From Parasitella parasitica NRRL 2501 (Eukaryota; Fungi; Mucoromycota), in assembly GCA_025201805.1 (NCBI GenBank), contig MU619277.1, positions 155,712-219,711 of the forward strand: 64,000 nucleotides of DNA. The letters run 5' to 3'. Within the stretch, counting starts at the first letter, position 1. Each line of letters opens with the position of its first letter. Shown in pieces: positions 13,399 to 23,425 of the stretch. A program made the translations under genes and the position numbers. The notes under the pieces were generated by a model, which was not told the origin of the DNA, searched no databases, and saw only the letters and a program-made list of their open reading frames with translations.

Positions 13399-13912
13399 TA
13401 ACATTGTAAGATAATCGTATTGACTGGGAAACAAGAGTTAGAATTCAAAAACAATTCCAAAATCTACAGGGCCTTGTAATCATGATTTTGCTATGCGTCT
13501 TATTCTGTCTTCTACTTGAGTTCAATTGAGGAATACAGGCATGTAATGTTTTCATTTGTTACGAAATGTCTGCTAAAGACTGTGATAACAAGGAACATCA
13601 TTTTCAAATGTCCACAGCAGTGCAGTGATTTAAAAAGTGTCGCAAGTACCTTTGGGTAATGAATATCATCTGAGAGTAAAACTTTAAACATTTGGGTAGT
13701 GTATGGCAAAATAGTTTTCTGTTTTGTAATATCAAAAGCCTGAGAAAATTCATTGACTTTCTGGGAACATAATACTTGAAGTAGTAAAAAATTGACCTCA
13801 AATGAGTAAATTTTGTTAGAATTGACATTCAAGACGCAAAATGACTCTATAAAAGGTCTGATTTTTCCCCACGATCTTTTCCTTTCTTTTTTATAAATTC
13901 ATAGCAAAAATT

Positions 13913-15608
13913 ATGGCTGCACCCATTCGAAAAGATCCCCTCTCAATTCTATCAATAGATGAAAAAAAATCATTAAAGGATCAATTAAAGAAATCAAGAT
14001 TATTTTCTTGCTTTGCAGGGGCAGTTGTGTTGTTTGCATCATTTGGCATCAGACAAACCATTGGTGTCTTCCTCGTTCCAATAACTCAAAGCACCGGCTG
14101 GGACAGATCAACGTTCTCTATAGCCGCTGGCATATTTCAGCTCTTTTGGGGATTTTCGCAGCCATTTTTGGTCTACCTTGCCGAAAGAAAATTTGGGTTC
14201 GGGAAGTCCATTTTTGCTGGATGTCTATGTTATTCTCTAGGTTTGCTCATTGTGTATGCCTCGCCAGTGTCATCTGGTTTATTTATCTTTGCGTACGGAA
14301 TAATAGTCGGTACAGCTGCTGCCAACGCTTCATTTCCTGTTGTGTTGGCGTCCATAGGCCAAAGATTTGCACAAAAATCAAAGGAACAGGCGATCGCGTT
14401 TGGAATAGTGTCCAGTTTTGGCAGCTTGGGTCAAGTCGTATTTTTGCCAGTAGCAAGAGAAATGGTTGTTGCTATGGATTGGAGACTCTCATTTATTGTT
14501 CTCGGTAACTTTGATGTGTTCATTTGCCCAATTCTATGTTGACCAGATTATACCGTGTTAGGGGTTTTTATGGGGGTCATTTCGCCATTAGCATATTTTC
14601 TGCAGACAATTCCTCCTCCTAAACCTGCTAAACCAACAGTATTGGGTGAGATAGAAAAGCTCGATACTACAAACTATAATGAAAAAGACCAAGAGCAGTA
14701 TTTGGAATCACAGCTGGAACAAAAAGGCATAGATAAAATTGTAGAGAGTTGTGAGGCTCCAAATATTAAATCAGCTTTGAAGCAAGCGTTTACTTCACCT
14801 ACATTTTTAATGATCACATTGGGTTTCTCAGTTTGCGGGTTTCACGTTACATTTCTTGCAACACACTTTCCTGCATATCTGGTAAATATAACTAGCCTGT
14901 CTAATCTCAATGTTTAACTTACATTTATAGCAAGATCAAGGCATTGACCCTTCTTTGGCTGGTAAAAACATCAATGTTTTTATAAACAGACAGATACAAA
15001 TAATTAATCTATCATCATATAGCTTGGACCATATCTATTCTGGGCGCCGGTTCCATGATAGGATCGATATCTGCTGGCTATATCACAAGCTATATTAGCC
15101 CTCGTATAACTCTGACTTTTGTTTATTTACTTCGAGCCATTCTAATCGCAATTTTTGTGTTTCTGCCAACAACAACAACAACAGCGATCGTATTTTCTTG
15201 CTTGTTTGGAGTATGTAGTAAATCAGTTGAGATTATTTTATTATACGGTAGGAAAAGCGTTACTGATTTTTCTCAATAATGACGAATAGTTTCTGTGGCT
15301 CTCGACCGTGCCTGTTACAACTAAATTTATCGGCGATGTATTTGGCCATAAATTCCTGGGCACCTTGACATCTGTCAGTTTTGCAGGGCATCAAATAGGG
15401 TCATTTTTAGGCGCTTATTTAGGTATGAAAGTCAAAATTTAAAAATAAAAAAAAAAAAAATATTGACATAAAAAAAAAAGGTGGCGTGGTCGTTGATGTG
15501 CAAAGAAGTTATACGTCGATGTGGTATGGATCATTAGCATTAGCTTTACTAGCCGTAATTGCAAACTTTTTTGCAGAGGGTCTTCCTCGATTTGAAAGAA
15601 GAAAGTAA
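13913..15608 (+). CDS. Major facilitator superfamily transporter (YcxA/monocarboxylate-like), multi-exon
   Basis: GIRQTIGVFLVPI..GWDRSTFSIA, GIVSSFGSLGQ, GFSVCGFHVTFLATHFPAYL, LWLSTVP and HQIGSFLGAYLGG; 12-TM hydrophobic pattern; stop TAA at 15606-15608. Confidence 0.9.
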
Positions 15609-17231
15609 TCATGTACTCAATCATTATATGCAGATAAATCATCACAAACCTATTACAAAAATCAACACAACTATTTATTTGGTTTTTAAAATTATCAAGC
15701 TTTTTGATTGTAATTGGACAGATACGAATACGGGTGCGACACTCTTTGCTTTTGCTGATTAGATATCGCCACGATAAGGGCTGCCTGATGCCGTATGCGG
15801 ATCAGTTTTTTTCTGCAGAAGTAACGTTTTTTTTCAGACCACAACTTCTGCTAAATGGAAAGCTTTAGTAATATTACGCTTGACTATGAAAGCCTTATTA
15901 AGGGCCATCTCATGCACACGTTAATTTCGTTTGATATTGTGCCGTACAACCTATAAATTTGTCTGCGAAAACGGCTACAGTTGTGGGCAAACCATCACTT
16001 TTAAAACACAAAGCACTTTTACATTCAACGAGCTGGTCTGTAGTGCTTCAGGAAGCTGCTCAAAAGTCTAAATATTACTCCTGTTCACATACTGACGCCA
16101 ATCTCGTGTCACTGAGATATAGAGGTTTGAGCCACCTTATCATCTTGCCTGGCGAGGTAACTCATATATTTTACTCATTTTCACCGAGAATTTTGCTCAT
16201 CAGTAGATATTTTTATTCTCGCAAAGAAAGGTTTATTATTAAGTTACTTGATCATAAATCGTCAAGATTATACTTCCATGAATTAATTTGCATGAGTAAT
16301 TTCACTGATAAGCACACGAGCGAGACACCTTGATTTCAAATTGTAAAAACATAGGCTCATGACCCGATAACAACGGTAAAATCACATATCTCATTAATCA
16401 ATTATTTGAACAAAATACAAACCGCTGTATATAAATGTATGCAGGAAACTGAATACAAAGAAGAGAATCTCGACTTTGCAAGTGGAAGTGATTATATACA
16501 GAATCCGATACTACAGATGAAAACACAGACGTTATCTCTCAGATTTAAAGAATCTGTTCAAAACGTGAGAAATTCCGTCAAAATGAGAAAAATGAAATGC
16601 TTCCATATTCCAAAAGAAAAGTTACGGTGGTGATCTAGGTGGGGGAGAGGACAATGATGATCAAAACAGCAAAACTTAACACACAAAAAGAACGGTGCAT
16701 GTGGGTCATATGATTTTACATATAGAAATGTGGTATATTTTTGATTTTTGTGTTGTTGAATCTGGATTTTGCGCTATCGTGCTATATATTTATAATACTA
16801 CCTCAAACCTATGACATATTGCAGATATTTTCATTTTCTTATTTGATCGAAGTTGGCCCTAGCGACGTCAATTTAGGGGCCAACATTTAGTGTGTATCGG
16901 ATCCTGTAAAAGCTGTGAAACATGGCAAAGAGATGCCAACATATTATATGGGATTGTTCGGAGCGAGATATACAAGATGGGCACGAGCACGCTTTCTGAA
17001 ATGGAAAAGAGAAGGGGTGAAGCCCCAACAGAAAATTTGATACATGAACATTTGATACAGGAATCGAATGAAAACATAAAAGCCTCTTTTTTTCAGCAAG
17101 CTGGCTCCTTTAAAGGGAATTGTGTTCTTTGTTGCTGAGTTCGACCCCGTAAAAATAGATTCATATGCCTTTTGTCCCGATAATGGCCATCCAGCTTCAG
17201 ATCTAGGCCACAAGCACGCAGAAAAATTTTG

Positions 17232-17238
17232 TATAAAA
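17232..17238 (+). promoter_or_regulatory. Putative TATA box of the 17441 gene
   Basis: TATAAAAG about 200 nt upstream of the ATG, followed by a pyrimidine-rich leader. Confidence 0.4.
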
Positions 17239-17440
17239 GGGGAGAGGGATTTTCATGTAGTTTCTTTTTTTTTGTTCACCAGCTACTTCATCTCATTTAC
17301 TCAAAAAATATTCAAAATTTTCTACTACTTCTCTAGAAATCTAATGAGAAGTATAGTTATAACGTATTCAACAGCATTCACAACAGTTTCTTCGTTATTC
17401 CATCCACCCATCTTAATTAATAATTAAAAATCCATTCAAA

Positions 17441-18013
17441 ATGGCCAATTTCCCTCACTGGATCAATAAAAAATCAAGCACTGTTACTACAACAACCGCA
17501 AGTACCTTATCGCCAAGACAAGTAGCCAACAAAGCCTATTCACTTGCCATCAAAAAATTGGACAGGGATGACAACCGTCGCAGACCACATTACACTGTGC
17601 GCGAAAGACTCTTGTTATCGCATACAATGACAAAGGCAGAGGATTTGTTGAACAAGCGTACCGCTCGTTCTAACCGCAGAGTATTGGCTTCTGAATTTGA
17701 CGACGATGTGATTACTTGTCCTTCTACTACAAGCATTCCCCCACCGCCGCCCATTCAAACACCACAACAACCAGAAAAGATTGTTACAAAAACATCCGCA
17801 TCCACATCCTCAGCATCGTCTCAACCGTTAGAGTGTACAGCAGCAATGCCCTCTGCTGAACACATGGCAGTTTCAATTGCGGTTGTGGCTGCGGTTGCAT
17901 ACAATTCACTTGTTGTAGCCACAGTCAACGAAAACCAGCAAAGCTCAGCATCATTTTGTAGATCTATGATGATACCATCTCATCCAATGGCGCCTTTTAA
18001 AACCATAGTGTAA
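17441..18013 (+). CDS. Intronless 190-aa protein with an N-terminal IER/SERTA-like helix-loop-helix motif and an S/T/P-rich tail
   Basis: Clean ORF with an AAA-ATG context and AATAAA just after the stop. Motif ANKAYSLAIKKL...RERLLLSHTMTKAEDLL. The family label is inferred. Confidence 0.7.
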   Translation: MANFPHWINKKSSTVTTTTASTLSPRQVANKAYSLAIKKLDRDDNRRRPHYTVRERLLLSHTMTKAEDLLNKRTARSNRRVLASEFDDDVITCPSTTSIPPPPPIQTPQQPEKIVTKTSASTSSASSQPLECTAAMPSAEHMAVSIAVVAAVAYNSLVVATVNENQQSSASFCRSMMIPSHPMAPFKTIV

Positions 18014-19834
18014 TGCATTTTCTAATAAATATTTATTTGTCTACATTTATTGTCGTTATTATTACATGCACATGTAAAGGAGAATATATTACTATACGGC
18101 TGCTGGCACATGTAAGGTCCGATTTCATCCGAGGTTAACTCTGATATTACCCCGGATTCTTGAACAGTGTGTAACAAAGATCTGCTTTTTCTTTTTCTTT
18201 TTTTTTTGTACAGGTGTAGACAAATGTGCTCGTAAAAAGAGTCATGTTTTTAATTTGTCTATGTGGTGAACCCCTATTTGATTGTCATGCCAAGAAGGGT
18301 TTTCTGTTATACAAATAAACAGATGATGAGCTCAAAGCTGTCATTCCGAGGAACACACAAATATATACACATACAGTCAAGGTGAGTCATTTTGCTGTTC
18401 GGCATCCCATATCAGATATGAGCCGAATGCACCAAGCCCAATTCCTTGACAAATGTTGCAAAGGAGGAATTTTTCCTCTTAAAATAACCCGCAATTAGCG
18501 TTAATCCCTCAAGCTGAAATCACCTCTTTATCTTGATAATGTGCTCATTAACAAACAATACTGATATTGGTTTAATCTCAATGAGGAAATCATGTATGCT
18601 TTATTGCTCCCTAGACTTTGTCAATTAATTTATGAAGTTTTTAAAATATATTTTATTGTGCTAGTACGTTAGCCAAGTATACCTTCGTCATGTACAAGTT
18701 GTGTCTATATACCAGGATGTACCCAACAAATCATATGGTTTCTGCTACAAGAGAATCACAGTTACAATATTACGTCAAGATTCAAGCAGCTTTAATTTAA
18801 GAGTTTCTTTTAAATAAAAAAAACACGGCGGGGCGGTCATGGCCGTGAATTATACTAGATGAGATTTAATAAAAATTTTGGAAGCATTCACATCATTGTT
18901 GCCACATATTCCGCACTTTTAGCAAGCCAGAACACTGCTTAAACCAATGATGGCTTCAGTAAGGCACGTTTCGTTGCAGAAATTGCAAAGTGCTAAATGT
19001 AATGTATAATCAAGACATAAAATTAGACTGAAGCATTATCTAAGACGTGTGAAATTCATTCACATATGATAACAAAAAATGGCCAGATTTCTGTCTGCCT
19101 ATGGCACCAGTTTCAAAGCCTTTGATCTTCGTAGCATCTTTTAGTTGAACATACCATTACCAAAAACAGACGGTGGAAAGTGGGCATTTATCGTATTTGA
19201 ATGGGTTTAGCTTATAGCATTTAGTGCCTCTGCAAAGAAAGTATCGAAATGAATACATTAATTACTATTAATATTCGAGCTTGTTTGGGCTTCCCGTGTA
19301 TTGCTACACTATTGTCCACTTTTCTTTGTGTACGCTTTTTTCTGCCTTTTTTCTGACCTTCCTATTTTTCTTTCATGGTGTTTTGTTTTAATTTTTTGTA
19401 CTTTCTGCCATATCCATTTCTTGTCCAGCCCTCTGTGAACCTTGATATAGATAGAATCTGCTTTTAGCCGTACAGTGTCGATTACAAGCCAAAATTTTTG
19501 GAAGGTGCAGCAAAACATATGTAACGTAGAATGAAAATAAGTTGGAATATTTCCAAGAACGGCGTCCATATCCTCAGCATACACTCTTACGAGTTTCCGC
19601 TTTATATATTTCTTTGAAGCAGTGTATGTAAAGTGTTTCTTGTGAGAAATCAAGCAGCAAACACTTGGTTTTGATTGGGGTTGATCGCACGGAGAGAAGC
19701 ATCTACCATTTCTTCATTCTTCAAAGCATCTCCCAGAAAGGAAATGTTAAATTCTGAAATTTAAAGAACTGTAGTTGACATTTGTATTATTGACTCTTTC
19801 TTTCCTGTTCCCTTTTTCCTCTTTCAAACAAAAT

Positions 19835-21491
19835 ATGCATCCTTCTGATCCTAGACCATCCTCATCCACGGCAAGACATTCTTCAGCTTTTTCCACAAAC
19901 ACCTCTGAGCAATTTGACGGTATAATAACAAAGAGCTGATTAATTGATCTTTTTTTTTTCTCGTAAACTGATGACTATGACACATTTGTAGTAAATAGGT
20001 TAAGTACGTGGCATGAGGATTTAGAAGAATATGAAGGCAACATTGAAGCAATGGCAACAGCCACACTGGACCAGGTAAGATCTGCATATAAAAAGCCCCG
20101 AATTCAACCCATCAACTGTATTGCTTGTATAGACTTTTCAGGATGAAATGCAACATGTCAATCAATGGTTTGGATTTCTATCGGATGCAGAAAAGACAGC
20201 TACATTATATACCTTACTGCAGCACAGTTCACAAGTGCAGATTAGATTCTTTATGCATTTGCTGCAAGAATTGAGAAAACCAAAAGCGAATCCACTAAAC
20301 AGAGGTATTATCATTACTGTAGTATAATCTTGGTGTGCCGCTAATGAGATAAAAAAAAAGGCTCCGAAAGAGCATCTGCATTAGCAAATTTAAATAGAAG
20401 GCAGCCACCTATAGTTGCTCAGCAGCAACAACCACAGAATGTAAATAGACACTCCTTTGCCATGGGAGATACACAAAATTTAGGTAAATTATTCGGCACA
20501 ATGGGCACGGATTGGTTTAGCAATGATAATCAGACGCAATCTCACCATCAACATCAACATCTGCTGCAGCAGCCACAACCACAAACAACTCTGAATAATA
20601 GAAGCCAGCACCAATTACGGCCCAAATCAGTGATCGAATTAGGTGGTAGAGGTGATGGTGCCGTAGATTCAGCATTTTCAAACACTTGGCTGAATCAGAG
20701 ACAGCCCAGCCTTAACAGCAATGTTATTGAACGGCCCAGATCTGCTGATATATCATCGTGGGCATTACCTACTGCAAGCACCAGTAGTAATACTGCATCA
20801 TCTTGGAAGCCACTGTACAACCAACATGACATTGACATTCACTTGTGGAAAGATCCCATGGCGACAAATCCTACCAACAGCGCCCGGCGTTCGTCTTCTG
20901 CTATCACATCTGCCGCTGCCACAACAGCAACGCCCTCCAATCTTAGAAAATCCAATTTTGTTGCCTCACAGTATCTGAATGCACCATCTAATTCCTCCTC
21001 TATTCATGCCGGCAAGACAGCTGCATCGAGATCATCCTCTTTTGAAAGCATAGTAGCAAACGATTTTGGGTATGGCAGCGATCAAAGTGATGCATCCACC
21101 TCCTCTCGACGACTGAGACAAACATATCAGCAACCAGCACACATGTCAACATACAGCAGCTCATCCTCCAGCAACAATAAGCCCATTCTCGAGAACAATA
21201 AAGAGGATCATGTAGATATGGATCTAATTAAAGGTACAGAGGCAATTAAACAGTCTGGTTACCCATTGTATATCTGACATGTTTTATGCATTTCTAGACG
21301 TTCCTGCTTGGTTTAGAAGTATGCGATTGCATAAATATAATAATATTTTTGAACACATGCGATGGCAAGATATTATTCAGCTGGACGATGCCGCACTGCA
21401 GGATAAAGGTGTTGCTGCACTTGGCGCAAGACGGAAAATGCTCAAAGTGTTTGAAAATGTGCGCGAACAATGCCGACTTGATCAAAGTTGA
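19835..21491 (+). CDS. VTS1: Vts1/Smaug family SAM-domain RNA-binding protein, multi-exon
   Basis: N-terminal [31 protein letters not shown] block; C-terminal SAM domain [14 protein letters not shown]...[16 protein letters not shown]. Confidence 0.9.
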
Positions 21492-21645
21492 CACACTCAC
21501 TTACCCACTCCCTGCTCACTCTTCTGATTGATTAGATCATAATATTAAGCATAATGAAAATGTGTGTTTTACATGCAGAAATCCAATTTTATTCAATAAA
21601 ATCTCTCTTTTTGTCTTGGAAAAAAGGTGCGCAAAATCAATAGAT

Positions 21646-21888
21646 TTAGGCCTTGTTAGCAGCAGCCTTGGCGAGAGCGACTTGAGTACCCTTCTTGGCA
21701 AAACGTTGGTTACGAAGGAACTTGGCATCCAACTAGTCAATGCGTCAACATCTGTGATCCTCGTTGATATTCATAAAATAACTTACACCCTTTTGAGTAC
21801 GATACTTGTGGGCAATAGGCTTCTTGAGACCGTTACGGTGAGCCTTCTTGATTTGATTGTGGTTGGTATGGTTCTTGGACTTGGACAT
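21646..21888 (-). CDS. RPL29: 60S ribosomal protein L29 (eL29), 2 coding exons; absent from the supplied ORF track
   Basis: Minus strand [34 protein letters not shown]|[15 protein letters not shown]...; GTAAGT...CTAG intron at ~21733-21786. Confidence 0.96.
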
Positions 21889-21902
21889 TATTAAAGTATT
21901 TC

Positions 21903-22090
21903 CTATTGATTGAATGGTTTTGAATTAATGACAAAAGCTTCCATCGTATCATTTAGTTGGGAGAAGAAGGTGGCTTGCATAATCCATATTTAAGCTGATC
22001 ATTATCATCCATCAATCCATCGATTTGAAGCAGTAGTAGTTTTCAATTCTTCTCTAACTATTTTTTTGGTATTTGGTGTGTGATTTTTAC
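21903..22090 (-). other. Putative 5' UTR intron of RPL29
   Basis: AAG|GTAAAA donor at 22090 and ATAG acceptor at 21903, 14 nt before the ATG. Confidence 0.6.
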
Positions 22091-22273
22091 CTTGTGTCAA
22101 AAGTAAAGAAGGATTTATCTTGGTCCTGATGCAGAGCTTTAATCGAAGAATGAGCAGTGGGTGCTTTAACTTGAATTTTTCTCGGACAGACCTTTTTATT
22201 AGTACCGGACCCCATCATCCACTGCAGATCTTTTTTTTTTTTTGAATGTATTCTTATAAAGATTATATTTTAT

Positions 22274-23107
22274 TTACAACTTGGCATTATGATGATAATC
22301 CTTCACGAAAGCAGACCAATCTGCCTTCTGCTTGGTAACAAATGCCATGATGCCATAAGCAGCTTCTTCAGACTGCATCATCTCTACATAGGCCTGTTCG
22401 ACCCCATTGCGGATACGGATAGCTCTCTGGGCTTCTCCGCCGGAACTCACTGTGTCTACGAGACGCTTAATATTTGACATGGCACCAGGGGCTGATTCCA
22501 GCAACATGCTCGCATAGTACGATACTTGCTGGTCAAGTTCCCAAGCGGTAGCCACAACTGTGCTCAAGTACGGCTGTGCTTCTTTGGGAGATACCCTTCT
22601 GCCCGTCAGCATGTATTCCTTGGTCTTTTGAATTCCCAGTTCAGGCACAATGTACTGTGAAATGATCGCAGGAATTATACCACGTTTTACCTCAGTTAAA
22701 GCAAAATAAGCATCTTGTTGCACGACACGGATATCCGTGGTAAACATAAGACCTACACCACCGCCAAGACATGGCCCATTGACTCGTGCAATCACAGGTT
22801 TAGGGAAACGATATAACGCTTCAAACGCCTTCAATCCATTGGTGAAGGAAGCCTTTACATCTTGCTCTGATGATGAACTAGCTGCTGCCATGGACAAATC
22901 CATACCCGTACAAAAGAATTTACCAGCGCCTGTCAGTACAACCACTCGGACATCCGTATCCTTCTCCAATTGAGCTAAATATTGTAGTAAAAGTGCGTTC
23001 ATGGTGGCCGTGAGTGCATTTCCTTTACGTGGTCGGTTTAATGTAAGCGTAGCGACATGGTTCTCGATTGATAACAAGACTTCATCTTCCTTAATCTGTC
23101 GGCTCAT
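22274..23107 (-). CDS. Enoyl-CoA hydratase/isomerase (methylglutaconyl-CoA hydratase-like), intronless, C-terminal PTS1 (-AKL)
   Basis: Crotonase motifs TLNRP..GNAL, FCTGMDL, PVIARVNGPCLGGGVGL and FALTEVKRGIIPA. Ends in AKL and has no mitochondrial presequence. Confidence 0.92.
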   Translation of the reverse strand: MSRQIKEDEVLLSIENHVATLTLNRPRKGNALTATMNALLLQYLAQLEKDTDVRVVVLTGAGKFFCTGMDLSMAAASSSSEQDVKASFTNGLKAFEALYRFPKPVIARVNGPCLGGGVGLMFTTDIRVVQQDAYFALTEVKRGIIPAIISQYIVPELGIQKTKEYMLTGRRVSPKEAQPYLSTVVATAWELDQQVSYYASMLLESAPGAMSNIKRLVDTVSSGGEAQRAIRIRNGVEQAYVEMMQSEEAAYGIMAFVTKQKADWSAFVKDYHHNAKL

Positions 23108-23425
23108 TTTTTGAATTATTATTGTTTGTTAGGAAAAGAGTGGGAGAAAGAGAGAAAGAAAGCTATTTCGGGCAAGCTTTTATAACTTTTTGGAGACAAA
23201 AAGTGCATCCCTGGCACATGATTTCAACTTACCAATGTGAATTGGCTTGAATTTGGTCTACTAGAGTTACACATGAAAGTCTCACTAAAACAATATAGTA
23301 ATACAATGGCTATTCATTGAACATGCCCTCTTTTCTTTTAAAATAAAAATATTTATATATACAAATACATGTAAAATTACAATTTCATTCAATATGAGGG
23401 TATAGTATATAAACAATAGTATACA

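Noticed and set aside
15785-15812. Hairpin CTGATGCCGTATGCGGATCAG followed by T7, resembling a rho-independent terminator or REP
   Set aside because: Eukaryotic, intron-containing context; single short copy; plausible by chance.
18323-18420. ATGATGA C-box-like motifs here and at ~1212, ~16654 and ~43073 as snoRNA candidates
   Set aside because: No properly spaced CTGA D box or terminal stem was found.
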